DNA of 55,128 nucleotides. It comes from a virus (taxonomy: Duplodnaviria > Caudoviricetes). A program made the translations under genes and the position numbers. Shown here one piece after another: positions 1 to 9,960 of this stretch. Under the pieces are notes generated by a model. The model was not told the DNA's origin and ran no database searches. It saw only the letters and a program-made list of their open reading frames with translations. The stretch spans positions 1 through 55,128 of the IMG/VR virus record IMGVR_UViG_3300037246_000495. The stretch is one strand, 5' to 3'. The stretch's first letter is position 1. Every line of letters starts with the position of its first letter.

Positions 1-127
1 ACCTTAGGTTTGCCATCTTCGAAAGTCTCGTTAATGGTTCTCCTTTGTGCTGCTGTTAATAGCGCTGTAAATGTTGGCTTTTCAATACCCCAATCAGGCT
101 CGGCCAAATCATTAACTAATATATCCT
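1..127. repeat. Terminal direct repeat, identical to 55002-55128 (circular assembly overlap)
   Basis: The first 127 nt (accttaggtt...atatcct) match the last 127 nt exactly. An ORF reads in frame across the junction. Confidence 0.97.
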
Positions 128-2549
128 GACCTTCTGCAACCTCAAAAGTTTCCGTTGATAACTTCGACACTAAGGTACTAACTTTCTCTGTATTTGTGAA
201 AGTTAGCTTCGTGTTAAGCTTATCATCTAAATATGCTCTTATTACATAACCCCAAGCCTTTAATGCTCTTGCTGGCGTTCTTAATATATTGTAAGAGTCA
301 TTCGAGTTGGCAATGCCAGTGATTGAATCAAAACCCTCTGTTGTTCTGGCTATGTATTTAGCAGTATCACTTGCATAAATATCATCTATTATATATTTAT
401 TAATACCTGTTGAGTTGTTTAAAAAGTCAGTATTAAACGACAACTCTATAAAGTTAATATTTTCAAGTGGAACATTTGATGAGATTTCAAACGCCGTCAT
501 TGATTGAAGTTGGGATTCTAAAACACCTTTTATTGATTGCGTATTTATATTGACTAAATCATCAACCCAATCGCCATTTGAATTAAGATATTTAATTGAA
601 TTATCATTTAATCTTGCTGTAATTCTGCATGTTGGTGTGAACGTCAATTCATCACTACTAATAACAGCGAAAGAAAACGATAAAATAATAGTATCAATTG
701 CTGTTAGATTTTGACTCATGACGACTTGACCATCATTATCTTGATCAAGAATAAATTTATTATTCCCCAACAATAAACCGGTGCTTATGCCTGACGTTAT
801 AGACCAATCAGTCGTACCTTGGTCGGCGTTTGGGTTTAGGACAGCATTTGAATTCCGGTTATCAACAACATCAATTAAGAAATTAATATCGTCATACTTT
901 GTATTTGTAGTTGGTTTATTCTCTCTACTCAACTCTACACTTCTAGCTTTATTAATTAAAGCATTTGAGGCTGAATATTTACTAATTTTACGAAGTGCGC
1001 TCTTGACAGTTGTTATTGCATTAGCCCAGAATGATTTAGTGTTATAATCAGAGAATCCATTTAGTATATCATCAGATTCAAATTTAGTATATCCAAATTC
1101 TAATTCATTATCTATTAAGTCTGTGTTAAATTCTTCCTCAATCTCCGTTGCATTATCAATAGTCAGTACAATTCTAGTATCGAAAAAATATTTCAATTCC
1201 TCGATACGAAAAACCTTTTCGCCATTAATAGCTTCTATGCCCATTCCAATAGGTCGCTTCATACTAACAGCCGAGAATAAATCTTTTAATGAAATAGATA
1301 GCGGAGATATTGGTTCTGTTGATGTGACTCTACTAGTCATTGGAAAGCCCCTAATGTTAGCACCGTTAGTTATCGCTAATAAAGAATCTTCACCGTTGAA
1401 CGTATAACTTCTAGGCTCCGAATTCTGACGACCAAACAAAGTACTATAAAATGGATTATTCCCACCTGTTATTTTCTGACCTATTCTTGCAAATGCCTCA
1501 TGAACCAAAGTGGTCTGAACGTTTATCTGTATGGTCGTGTCTGTTTGTGTTGCTATGGAGAAATCTATAATCGTGCCATTCGCAAACATACCCCCAGCCG
1601 TCCCCTCTTTCATTAATCCTATTTGGATATAGCTGTTTTGAGGTATGATTTCAGATATATTTATCTCTCCAACACAACTAAAAGCATCACCTAAAAATCC
1701 TGATGATATTAATGTTTTAACAATCGGTATATCCACTGACGTTGTGATAATGTCAGAATTATTTATAATAAATAAAGTCACGACTATATTATCAGGATCG
1801 CCACCTATACCAGGACCTATTTGAAAATCAACACTGCCCTGCATTTCTATATTTGCATCCGCATTTGTTGAGTTAATATAGAAAGCGCCACCAACACTTT
1901 TGAATTCATTCGAATTACTCTTTACATTATCATCGTTTGAATCTCCTTTTATTAGAATCGGTATAATCGGGTCTCTGTCCTCGTTTGAGAAGTATGTCAA
2001 GTCTCTATTCGAACTCATTAACGAGCTTAAGAAATCTATTCTTTCTGGCAATGTAACTCTTTGTATTTCGTTTGAGAATCCTGGAATTAGCTTATCATCT
2101 AAATCGGTGTACTCTTCTGATTCAGTTCTTTTAGTTGTGATTATATCAACATCTTCACGATTCAAAAGCTTATCCTCGAAAGAACTATCTACTAACGGGA
2201 TGTTTATTTTTAACCTACTAGAATCTTTACCTATTAATTTTAAATTACCCCTAAATAATTCAAAGTTTGAATAAGTTGAAAAATCTTCCTCCCATATGAT
2301 AACCGCTATTTCGGCTTCAAAGCCTTGCGTTGCAATGACTCTTTCAATAAATGCTTTACCTTCTTTAACGAATCCCAGCTTATTAATGGCATACTTCCTT
2401 AATATACCATTGTAAAATTTAGAACGTGTGTAAGAATAGCCGCTTTTATCCCAACCGTCAGGGGCATGATAAAGGCGAATAGTTCCCTCGGATGCGTTCT
2501 GAAGAAAGAATGTTAATTGTCGTGATGTATTTTTAAATTGAACTGTCAT
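1..2549 (-). CDS. Large tail structural protein (distal tail/hub-like), 5' part. It continues across the origin to 54788, about 920 aa in total. Missing from the ORF track.
   Basis: ATG at 2549 overlaps the tape measure stop (ATGA) and reads MTVQFKNTSRQLTFFLQNASEGTIRLYHAPDGWDKSG. The frame matches ORF 54788-55108 across the overlap. It lies directly after the tape measure gene. I translated both ends, not every internal codon. Confidence 0.8.
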   Translation of the reverse strand, partial: MTVQFKNTSRQLTFFLQNASEGTIRLYHAPDGWDKSGYSYTRSKFYNGILRKYAINKLGFVKEGKAFIERVIATQGFEAEIAVIIWEEDFSTYSNFELFRGNLKLIGKDSSRLKINIPLVDSSFEDKLLNREDVDIITTKRTESEEYTDLDDKLIPGFSNEIQRVTLPERIDFLSSLMSSNRDLTYFSNEDRDPIIPILIKGDSNDDNVKSNSNEFKSVGGAFYINSTNADANIEMQGSVDFQIGPGIGGDPDNIVVTLFIINNSDIITTSVDIPIVKTLISSGFLGDAFSCVGEINISEIIPQNSYIQIGLMKEGTAGGMFANGTIIDFSIATQTDTTIQINVQTTLVHEAFARIGQKITGGNNPFYSTLFGRQNSEPRSYTFNGEDSLLAITNGANIRGFPMTSRVTSTEPISPLSISLKDLFSAVSMKRPIGMGIEAINGEKVFRIEELKYFFDTRIVLTIDNATEIEEEFNTDLIDNELEFGYTKFESDDILNGFSDYNTKSFWANAITTVKSALRKISKYSASNALINKARSVELSRENKPTTNTKYDDINFLIDVVDNRNSNAVLNPNADQGTTDWSITSGISTGLLLGNNKFILDQDNDGQVVMSQNLTAIDTIILSFSFAVISSDELTFTPTCRITARLNDNSIKYLNSNGDWVDDLVNINTQSIKGVLESQLQSMTAFEISSNVPLENINFIELSFNTDFLNNSTGINKYIIDDIYASDTAKYIARTTEGFDSITGIANSNDSYNILRTPARALKAWGYVIRAYLDDKLNTKLTFTNTEKVSTLVSKLSTETFEVAEGQDILVNDLAEPDWGIEKPTFTALLTAAQRRTINETFEDGKPK

Positions 2550-5500
2550 TCTGCCATTCTATTAATATGCTTAGTATGATTCTTTTTAATTCGACCACCT
2601 TGTCTTGTGATTATCATTCCATCTATTATAGAAGATCGTGCGTTTTGCTTGACTGCTTTTGTATTTTTCTTTAGTTCGCTAACTATTCCAGCATCACTAA
2701 AATTAAAACTCTGGCCTTTACTCCCTATCTCTGCAAGTCTTTCTTTAACCTGACTGTTTGGTACAATCTCAGCACCTTTTAAATCAGAGTAGTAAGTCTG
2801 ACTGTGTGGCGTTAAGAATGGATCACTCCCTTTAGGAATAATAAGCTCTTGCCCTTTCTCAGCCGTTGAAACTATTCCCCCAGGAGCACTATTTGTTCCT
2901 TTAAAGAATTTAGGAATCGGAGTAGCTAAAACCGCTGCCGTTTGTATTGCTCCAGCTGCTGCATTTAATACTACTAGCGGAGCACCTAACGGTAGCGGTA
3001 CTAGTGCAAGTGACTTTATTATTGCTACCGCTGTATTTATGGCTATATTCGCAATTGCTGCGGCTTTCTCTGCTTTAGCTTGCTTAGTTTTAACGGCTGC
3101 TATCTTGGCGGCTGACTCTTTCTCTATTACTGCCTTCTCAGCTTCTGATGTTGCTAGAATTGCCTTTTTCCTGTTCGATGCCTCCTCTTCTTTTATAACA
3201 CCTTTTTCTAAATCCTCATCTACTTTTGCTATATCCTCTTGTGTTTGCTCGTCTAATATTTCCAAATCCTCTTCCCTTCGTTCATCTAAAAGGTCCAATT
3301 CTTCATCTCTTCTTTGGCTTGACGCCTCAAGCAGTATGTCTGTAATAGCTTGCGCTCCTTGGGCTGAGAGATCCACGATAGCATCCTTTACCATTCGCTC
3401 AATTGCAATCTTCTCATCAGCTGCTTTTTTAGCTTGACTTATAGCAAAACTAGCGTTAGATTTATTTAATCCTCTTAATTCAGCATCTAAAGCTTTCTTT
3501 CTTTTTAGAAACTCATCATCAGTTGATTTATCCTCAGCTTCAACATCCTTATCAAGCATCACCTCAAACCTTGAGGCTTCGGCCTGCTCTTTCGTTTGGT
3601 CGTCTCTGAATTTCTTCATGACCTTTGCACTCTTCTCAGTCGATTTCAGTATTGCTTTTACGCTCTGTTCTTGGAATGCGGAAAACTTTTTATCGAATTC
3701 AATATCATCAAGACTATCTTCTATATCAATAAGTCCCTGTATAAACTCATCAACACCAGTCGTTACGGCGCCAGCACCAAATATTCTATTGTATCTATCC
3801 GTATAAGCCTGTACGGCGTCACTAGCCTTCTGTGTTGCCCTTTCTTCATCTCGCTGGGCGGCTGTTAACTCTCTAATTGCATCGTTGAATAGTCCAGTTT
3901 GCGTTCTGAATTTAGCCATCTCTAATTGAGATTTTCCAAAACCACTGATCTGGTCAGCCAAAGCGACTTTTGCACTTTTTAATTTATCCTCTAAAGGGAT
4001 TGAGGAAAGAACAATACTGTCAATAGTTTTCTTAAATTCACCGCCTACTTTATTGGCTTTCTCTTGTGTTCTGAATAATAAACTTCGAGCATTATCTTCC
4101 TTCTTCAATCGTTCCTCTAGGGCTTGACTAGCTTCAATATTTGCCTCTGACTTTAAAACCTCAGTTTCGGATAGTGCTAATTTTTTAATTAAAGTCTGAT
4201 TGTATTTTTCAAGATTCCCTCTTAATGTTATGATGCTAACATTTTCAAAATCTATATTTTCAATTACTTCTGGTGCTATATCTTGTAATTCTTCATAAAT
4301 CTCATTCCTCCTAGTGAGTGTAGTGTTCGCATTAGTAAGCTCAATTGCCAGCTTATTGACATTTAATTGCTCTTCTTTCAATAACTCTGCATTCCCGATC
4401 TTAGCAAACTCGCTTAGTGCTGAAACTATGTTCGTGAATCCCTGAGTTACAGATCTTAAAGCAGGTGTTAATTGTTCACCTAAATTAATTGCTAATCCTT
4501 GCATTGCAGACGTAGCTTTATCTGTATCGCCTTTAAGATTATCAATCATTATCTCAGCCATTCTAGCAGCTGAGCCGCCAGCCATCTCATAGGATCTTGT
4601 TAGTTTGTCGGCTGCCTCCTGATTGGTTGCTAATACTACGGCTACAGTAGCACCACGCTTTCCGAACAGTTCGAATGCTCTTGCTGATTTATTTGAAGCT
4701 GAATTTATATCGTTCATGGCCTCCTCGAACGTTAAGCCATGCTTTGTCAAATCTAAATAAACGTTCCTTAATCCAGTACCAGCGGTAGAGGCGTCTATAT
4801 TTCTATCGACAAGTACAGACAATTGAGCTGTCATTCTCTCGACAGATACACCCATTTCGTCTAATGTAGGAGCCGCCGCTGATGCTGCTGTCTCGAATTT
4901 AGCTAAATCTAAAGCTGAACTACTGAATGACTTAGCCATTATATCCGTAAGCTCCTGAGTATCTTCAGCATCTTTGTTGAATGCTTTGAGCGTGCCAGCT
5001 GCTACCTTTGCGGATTGTGCCAAATCCTCACCCGTTGCAATTGATAATTCCAATATTGCATTTGTAGAGTTGATTATCTGTTTTGGCGAGAATCCAATCT
5101 TCGAAAGCTCGATTTGAAGCATGGCCGCATCTTTGGCTGTCTTTTGGGTTTGTTCTCCTAGAAATTTAGCTTGATCTCTTAGTGCTCTATACTCTTTAGC
5201 CGTAGCTCCTGAAATAGCCGCAACTTTAGCCATTGAAGCTTCGAACTCAATAGATATTCTTATTGCAGATCCTAACGCTTTAACTAATCCAGCGATACCA
5301 CCAATAAGACCAAGTGCTCCAAATAATGATTTGGCCGCACCGATTACACCCTCTTTGTACCTACCTATATTATTCTTCGCTTTTGTTAATGCATCCGCAT
5401 TTTTATTTAAGAATGCATTATTAGCGTTTATCCTAGTATTTAGAGTTTTTATCTTTCTTGCTCCATCTTCAGTTGTTGCGTTTATATCTCTTCTGGCTTT

Positions 5501-6064
5501 TCTTAATGCTTTATTTTGATTTAATGCATCTTGCTCAGTCTTTACTTCTTTATTAAGAGCGGCTACCAGATCTTTCTCCGCTTGCTGCTGCTTTGCTATA
5601 ATAGCCAATGCTTTTTGCCTTTGATTCTCCAAAGATTTAGCCGCAGCCGTTTGCTCCCTTATTACCTTCTCTGCCTTTTTCCTCTCCGTATTGGTTTTCT
5701 TTAATGCCTCCTTAGACGCCTTTTCTCCAGTTATGCTTTCCTTTACGGCTGCATTTACTTTCTTTAATTCTATTTGAGACTTCGTTAGTGATAAAACAGC
5801 CTGCGATCTAGCTTTATCAAGCTTAGCATGAGTTGCTAGTTGGGCGTTTCTAATTCGTTCAGCTTCAACCTCAACCGCAGTTAATTGCTTTTTCTTCTTA
5901 GCTACATTATCATCAGACGTTGCAATTTTAGCATTTGTAGCTATTATTTTTTCACGCGATTCGGCGAATTTATCTAAAGCGCCAACAGCCTTAAGTATCT
6001 CGTCAGTTAAAAGCTTAACGTTTTCAATTGACTTCTTTGATATAACATCTTGAACTACTGCCAT
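2546..6064 (-). CDS. Tail tape measure protein (TP901-family core)
   Basis: 1172 aa, Ala/Lys/Glu-rich coiled coil. Carries the FEASMAKVAAISGAT...LGEQT...AELSKIGF tape-measure core and a C-terminal IPKFFKGT...AEKGQE motif. Confidence 0.93.
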   Translation of the reverse strand: MAVVQDVISKKSIENVKLLTDEILKAVGALDKFAESREKIIATNAKIATSDDNVAKKKKQLTAVEVEAERIRNAQLATHAKLDKARSQAVLSLTKSQIELKKVNAAVKESITGEKASKEALKKTNTERKKAEKVIREQTAAAKSLENQRQKALAIIAKQQQAEKDLVAALNKEVKTEQDALNQNKALRKARRDINATTEDGARKIKTLNTRINANNAFLNKNADALTKAKNNIGRYKEGVIGAAKSLFGALGLIGGIAGLVKALGSAIRISIEFEASMAKVAAISGATAKEYRALRDQAKFLGEQTQKTAKDAAMLQIELSKIGFSPKQIINSTNAILELSIATGEDLAQSAKVAAGTLKAFNKDAEDTQELTDIMAKSFSSSALDLAKFETAASAAAPTLDEMGVSVERMTAQLSVLVDRNIDASTAGTGLRNVYLDLTKHGLTFEEAMNDINSASNKSARAFELFGKRGATVAVVLATNQEAADKLTRSYEMAGGSAARMAEIMIDNLKGDTDKATSAMQGLAINLGEQLTPALRSVTQGFTNIVSALSEFAKIGNAELLKEEQLNVNKLAIELTNANTTLTRRNEIYEELQDIAPEVIENIDFENVSIITLRGNLEKYNQTLIKKLALSETEVLKSEANIEASQALEERLKKEDNARSLLFRTQEKANKVGGEFKKTIDSIVLSSIPLEDKLKSAKVALADQISGFGKSQLEMAKFRTQTGLFNDAIRELTAAQRDEERATQKASDAVQAYTDRYNRIFGAGAVTTGVDEFIQGLIDIEDSLDDIEFDKKFSAFQEQSVKAILKSTEKSAKVMKKFRDDQTKEQAEASRFEVMLDKDVEAEDKSTDDEFLKRKKALDAELRGLNKSNASFAISQAKKAADEKIAIERMVKDAIVDLSAQGAQAITDILLEASSQRRDEELDLLDERREEDLEILDEQTQEDIAKVDEDLEKGVIKEEEASNRKKAILATSEAEKAVIEKESAAKIAAVKTKQAKAEKAAAIANIAINTAVAIIKSLALVPLPLGAPLVVLNAAAGAIQTAAVLATPIPKFFKGTNSAPGGIVSTAEKGQELIIPKGSDPFLTPHSQTYYSDLKGAEIVPNSQVKERLAEIGSKGQSFNFSDAGIVSELKKNTKAVKQNARSSIIDGMIITRQGGRIKKNHTKHINRMAE

Positions 6065-6753
6065 TATTGCATATTTTTTGTTTTATTCCACTTAGCCACG
6101 GCTTTTTTATATCTATCAGCCAAATTCGATACTTTCATTCTTCTGTCGAAATATCCCTTCTCTGGCTCAACAGCCTCTATAGTGTCAATGTGCGATTCTA
6201 ATATAATATCATCCTTGCCACTTTCAGATTCAGTATCCTTCTTAGGCAATCTTTCTTTTATTTTATATTCAAGTCGCGTAATCTCACTATTAATCGGTGC
6301 TAACACTTCCTTTATCTGATCGGCTTGCAACTCTCCATGCTCTTTATATTCGGGCATAGACATTGCTTTCTCCTCTTTATTGGTTTTACATTCAACAACC
6401 GTTGGGTAGTTACCAAACAGTACCTTATATTCCTTTTGCGCCCTGATCAATAGTCTTATTTTCTCAGGGGAGTCCTTCACTGTGTAAAGCAAACTCATTC
6501 GTTCTTTAAGATTTGTGACTTTAGCCATCTTAAAAGTTAGACTATTAATTAAAATCTTATTGTCTATCTCTCCAGACACATTACTATCACTACTAAATAA
6601 TTCCCTAAGCTGTGCTCCGAACACCTCAAAAGCTGCTGTTGCTTTCTTTAATGATGTTCCATTATCTCTGTACATCATTAAATAATCCTTGTCCATTATC
6701 ATTTGCTGACAATCTTCAACGGACATAGTGTAAATATTGTGGTATTTGGTCAT
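6064..6753 (-). CDS. Hypothetical protein, possible tail assembly chaperone
   Basis: 229-aa helical ORF abutting the tape measure start. It has its own TATCTTTG -7 box at 6779-6786. Confidence 0.45.
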   Translation of the reverse strand: MTKYHNIYTMSVEDCQQMIMDKDYLMMYRDNGTSLKKATAAFEVFGAQLRELFSSDSNVSGEIDNKILINSLTFKMAKVTNLKERMSLLYTVKDSPEKIRLLIRAQKEYKVLFGNYPTVVECKTNKEEKAMSMPEYKEHGELQADQIKEVLAPINSEITRLEYKIKERLPKKDTESESGKDDIILESHIDTIEAVEPEKGYFDRRMKVSNLADRYKKAVAKWNKTKNMQ

Positions 6754-6797
6754 ACGAGCTTAATTGTTTGATATAAGTCAAAGATACAAAAAATATC

Positions 6798-6852
6798 ATG
6801 TTGTATAACATGTTAATGCATTCGCCTATTAAATACGCACATAGTAATTTAG
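6798..6852 (+). promoter_or_regulatory. Palindromic motif plus -7 box (33-nt gap)
   Basis: ATGTTGTATAACAT 6798-6811, TAATTTAG 6845-6852. Confidence 0.7.
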
Positions 6853-6878
6853 CTATAATTATAATTTAAAATAAAACC

Positions 6879-7412
6879 ATGAAACGACAAAGATACGCTA
6901 TTAACGAAGTAGAGATAAAACAACTACTCGAATTAGTAGAGGGGAATGATAAGGCGGAAGATATTTTATTCCAAATAACTCACAGAAGACCACTTAATAA
7001 TAAAAAGAAATCAAAAAAGAAGCCAATTAAGAAAGGTCAGGAATTAACTATTGAATTGTTAGAAACATCAGCGCTTGCCATTAGAAAAAATCTAATCATA
7101 AATCAGACCGCATCAGAAAAGCGATTCAAGGCAATGCTTAAGATGTGCGAAATTAACTATGAATTTCAAAAGATATTCTACACACTGACTGATTTTAAGA
7201 AGTATTGCGTTGTAGATTTTTATATTCCTGATAAGAATATCGTAATTGAAATAGATGGAGGCGTACATGACACCGCCAGAAATAAAGCTGAAGATTCGAA
7301 GCGGTCCAGATTGTTAAGACGAATGTTTAAAGTGGAAATAATAAGAGTTAATAATTATCAGCTTTCAAATACTGAGGAGTGTATGCGATTCATAGAGACA
7401 CGATTAGAGTAA
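6879..7412 (+). CDS. DUF559/Vsr-like endonuclease
   Basis: Motifs QTASEKRF, YEFQK, VVDFY, IVIEIDGGVH, EDSKRS, IIRVNN. Confidence 0.85.
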   Translation: MKRQRYAINEVEIKQLLELVEGNDKAEDILFQITHRRPLNNKKKSKKKPIKKGQELTIELLETSALAIRKNLIINQTASEKRFKAMLKMCEINYEFQKIFYTLTDFKKYCVVDFYIPDKNIVIEIDGGVHDTARNKAEDSKRSRLLRRMFKVEIIRVNNYQLSNTEECMRFIETRLE

Positions 7413-7422
7413 TTTCTTAAAC

Positions 7423-7477
7423 ATGTTGTAGAGCATACTATATTATTTCTTAGTGTTATTATTAATAGCGTAATTTG
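7423..7477 (+). promoter_or_regulatory. Palindromic motif plus -7 box (33-nt gap)
   Basis: ATGTTGTAGAGCAT, then GTAATTTG. Confidence 0.7.
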
Positions 7478-7511
7478 TTGAAGTATTAATCTAGCAAAAA
7501 CTAAACAGAAA

Positions 7512-8267
7512 ATGGAAGAAAGAAAATTAAACTTCACACGAAATGACGATCAAACACCTGTAAAGATCACATCTGAATTAAAGAAAAAAGCTAAGAAAGC
7601 TTATGATACAATGAACCTGAACCTCCATTTTATGATGGAGCAATTAGGAAAGAATGAATTGAATGAGGGTATGAAAGAAACTCATTTGGGTTTAATAGAG
7701 CATTACACAAGTGACTTCTGTGATTTATTTGGTTATGAAAGCATTCAAAAGAAAGCAATCAAAGAACGCCACGCTGAGGTTCGAGGATTAAATGAAGAGA
7801 ATAGAAGCTTACGCAAGCAGCTAGGTGAAAAGATTACTAATGAGGATTTAAGAGAAAGGGTTAAGAACATAGAGGCTAAATTTAATTTCTGGTGGAACTC
7901 AGAAGGGTTTGGACATTGCCGTGATATTAATATTACTGGATATGGTGGTTTAGTTGTTGAGCTTTCTGGAATGATCACAGAAGATTACAGAAGTAGAAGA
8001 GGTAAGCTTGATACGGAAGAGAAAAAGATTGATCACCTTCGTAAATTAGGCTTTGAGTGCGCCGATGATGATGGTAGATTTGTAATTGCAAATGATGCCA
8101 ACATAGAATCACTTAGAAAACTTCTTATTGGTAAATTTCCAAGTGCTTCGATTTGGGAGATCGAAACAAATTACAGAAAAGGAAAGTCTGATTTTCGTAA
8201 AATAAAAATCATGATCAGAAATCTAGATGATCTTGATAGTGTTGTGTTAGATGAGAGAGAAGATTAA
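7512..8267 (+). CDS. Hypothetical phage protein
   Basis: 251-aa ORF with its own promoter and a downstream hairpin. Confidence 0.6.
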   Translation: MEERKLNFTRNDDQTPVKITSELKKKAKKAYDTMNLNLHFMMEQLGKNELNEGMKETHLGLIEHYTSDFCDLFGYESIQKKAIKERHAEVRGLNEENRSLRKQLGEKITNEDLRERVKNIEAKFNFWWNSEGFGHCRDINITGYGGLVVELSGMITEDYRSRRGKLDTEEKKIDHLRKLGFECADDDGRFVIANDANIESLRKLLIGKFPSASIWEIETNYRKGKSDFRKIKIMIRNLDDLDSVVLDERED

Positions 8268-8303
8268 TTAAATAAGGCCAACGGTATTAATTTATCGTTG
8301 GCT

Positions 8304-8358
8304 ATGCCCTGCAATACCCAATAAAAGTTTCATGCTAATTATTGAAACCTTAGATTTG
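8304..8358 (+). promoter_or_regulatory. Degenerate motif plus -7 box (33-nt gap), rSAM promoter
   Basis: ATGCCCTGCAATAC, then TAGATTTG. Confidence 0.6.
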
Positions 8359-8383
8359 TATTAACTAATTAAAACTATAAATT

Positions 8384-9130
8384 ATGCTTTCTGTAAATAA
8401 TCCGAACCTATCAGTAATAATGCCAGTAGGTTGTAATGCTAAATGTGAATTTTGCTATTGGGAAAAACGCTGTGGATTAACTGCTGATAGATTTAAATTT
8501 GTAGCTGATACATTGCCCGAGATGTTTAAGCAAGTGAGTATAACGGGAGGAGAGCCAACACTAAGTAATGAATTGATCGACTACTTAAAGATTGCTAGAA
8601 ATAGATTTGATAAAGTTGTGTTAAATACAAATGGGTATAAGCTAAATAAATCTCATTTTAAATTCTGTGATCATATTAATATTAGCAGACACCATTATGA
8701 TGACAAAGAGAATATCAAGGTGTTCAGATCAAGGAATATTCCCAATAGATATTTATTAGCTAAATTGTGCTCTTACGGAGATGTTACTTTAAATTGTGTT
8801 CTTCCTGATGGATTTAAAGATGTTGAGTTTGTGAATAAATACATATCATTTGCAAAATCAATAGGCGCAAAAGTGGCATTTAGAAAGCATTTTAATAATC
8901 TTGATGTGTTAACTGAGATTGATAAAGACGATACGTTAATAAACGAACACAGCTGTGGAGCATGTTTGCATCGAACCCATATAATGAATGGCGTTAATGT
9001 AACATTTAAGTATTCAGTAAAGGAAACGTGCGAGGCAATAGGTGGAATATATGAATTAATTCTTCAATCAAATGGTGATTTAACCTTTGATTGGGACGGT
9101 AATAATAAGTTAACTTACGAGGAGGAATAA
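8384..9130 (+). CDS. Radical SAM enzyme
   Basis: CxxxCxxC (CNAKCEFC), GGEP, NTNG, NISRHH and an extra CGAC. Confidence 0.92.
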   Translation: MLSVNNPNLSVIMPVGCNAKCEFCYWEKRCGLTADRFKFVADTLPEMFKQVSITGGEPTLSNELIDYLKIARNRFDKVVLNTNGYKLNKSHFKFCDHINISRHHYDDKENIKVFRSRNIPNRYLLAKLCSYGDVTLNCVLPDGFKDVEFVNKYISFAKSIGAKVAFRKHFNNLDVLTEIDKDDTLINEHSCGACLHRTHIMNGVNVTFKYSVKETCEAIGGIYELILQSNGDLTFDWDGNNKLTYEEE

Positions 9131-9132
9131 TT

Positions 9133-9222
9133 ATGTGGAAATTTAGAGGAAAAGAAGTATTAGTTTGTAATGATGACAATAAGCCAGGTTGTGGAGGTGG
9201 AGGTGGTTGTGGAAACTCCTAG
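9133..9222 (+). CDS. Unannotated 29-aa Cys/Gly-rich peptide MWKFRGKEVLVCNDDNKPGCGGGGGCGNS
   Basis: ATG lies 2 nt after the rSAM stop, with GGAGG at 9121-9125 and TAG at 9220-9222. An intrinsic terminator follows. Confidence 0.75.
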   Translation: MWKFRGKEVLVCNDDNKPGCGGGGGCGNS

Positions 9223-9237
9223 CTAAAAATACAACCC

Positions 9238-9272
9238 AAAGCCAACCCGATTAACTTCTGGTTGGCTTTTTT
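9238..9272 (+). terminator. Intrinsic terminator closing the rSAM-peptide operon
   Basis: aaagccaacc...ggttggc followed by a T-run. Confidence 0.8.
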
Positions 9273-9279
9273 ACTAAAC

Positions 9280-9334
9280 ATGCTTTATAGCACCCGATTA
9301 TATTTGATTGTGAATGTTGGGGGTTGTAGATTTG
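9280..9334 (+). promoter_or_regulatory. Palindromic motif plus -7 box (33-nt gap)
   Basis: ATGCTTTATAGCAC, then TAGATTTG. Confidence 0.75.
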
Positions 9335-9352
9335 TTGTAAATAATTAACGAT

Positions 9353-9601
9353 ATGGGAAACTGGAGTAGAAATATTTATATAGGCAACTTAAACACATTA
9401 TTAATCAGAGAGATGTGTGGGGTTTTGAATACGAAAACAGATGGTGAGCGTCACATTCTAGAGCGGAGACTAATGCAAAATACCGAAATTGAGCTTATTA
9501 GTGCAAAACACAGGGTGTTCAGTAAAAGAATTGATGATAAATATGGTAGACATGATACGCATCCAGAATTTAAGAATGAATGCGATAAAATAGATTTGTA
9601 A
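9353..9601 (+). CDS. Hypothetical protein
   Basis: 82-aa ORF downstream of a motif-associated promoter. Confidence 0.55.
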   Translation: MGNWSRNIYIGNLNTLLIREMCGVLNTKTDGERHILERRLMQNTEIELISAKHRVFSKRIDDKYGRHDTHPEFKNECDKIDL

Positions 9602-9620
9602 ATAATTAAAACTAAGAGAT

Positions 9621-9959
9621 ATGAAAGAAATTAACCTAGCTGCATTTGCAAAACTACACTGCATAGAGTCTTATGAGTTATTATGTTTTAGTAAATTTAT
9701 GAGTCATCATTTTGGAGTGATCGATTATAATAAATTAGAACGATGCTGTATTGAAAGCGCAACATCATTTGATAAGCTTTATGATTTATTCAGTAGAATA
9801 GGAAGGTCTGATTATGATATCACAGTGTCTTTCGATGGATTCATTAGATTTATCTGTGAGTGTAGTAATGTTGGAATGTCAACTGATGTGATATGTTATA
9901 ACATGCACTCAAGTGGATTAATAAAGCGCAAAAGAAACGAATTTTTAAAAACCATTTAA
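9621..9959 (+). CDS. Hypothetical protein
   Basis: 112-aa ORF with an A-rich start context. Confidence 0.55.
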   Translation: MKEINLAAFAKLHCIESYELLCFSKFMSHHFGVIDYNKLERCCIESATSFDKLYDLFSRIGRSDYDITVSFDGFIRFICECSNVGMSTDVICYNMHSSGLIKRKRNEFLKTI

Positions 9960-9960
9960 C

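Noticed and set aside
1-127. 127-bp terminal repeat as a biological direct terminal repeat
   Set aside because: It lies mid-gene and 127 is a common assembler k-mer length, so circular overlap is the simpler explanation.
781-6319. Plus-strand ORFs opposite the tail and tape measure genes (and similar shadows at 19611, 33296, 41969 and 49769-51706)
   Set aside because: They are Ser/Phe/Leu-rich antisense shadows of long minus-strand genes, with no start context or promoter.
8384-9130. Radical SAM as viperin, QueE, NrdG or MoaA
   Set aside because: It lacks the viperin N-terminal NYH-type motif and no queuosine, NrdD or Moco partner genes are present. The linked peptide is the more specific clue.
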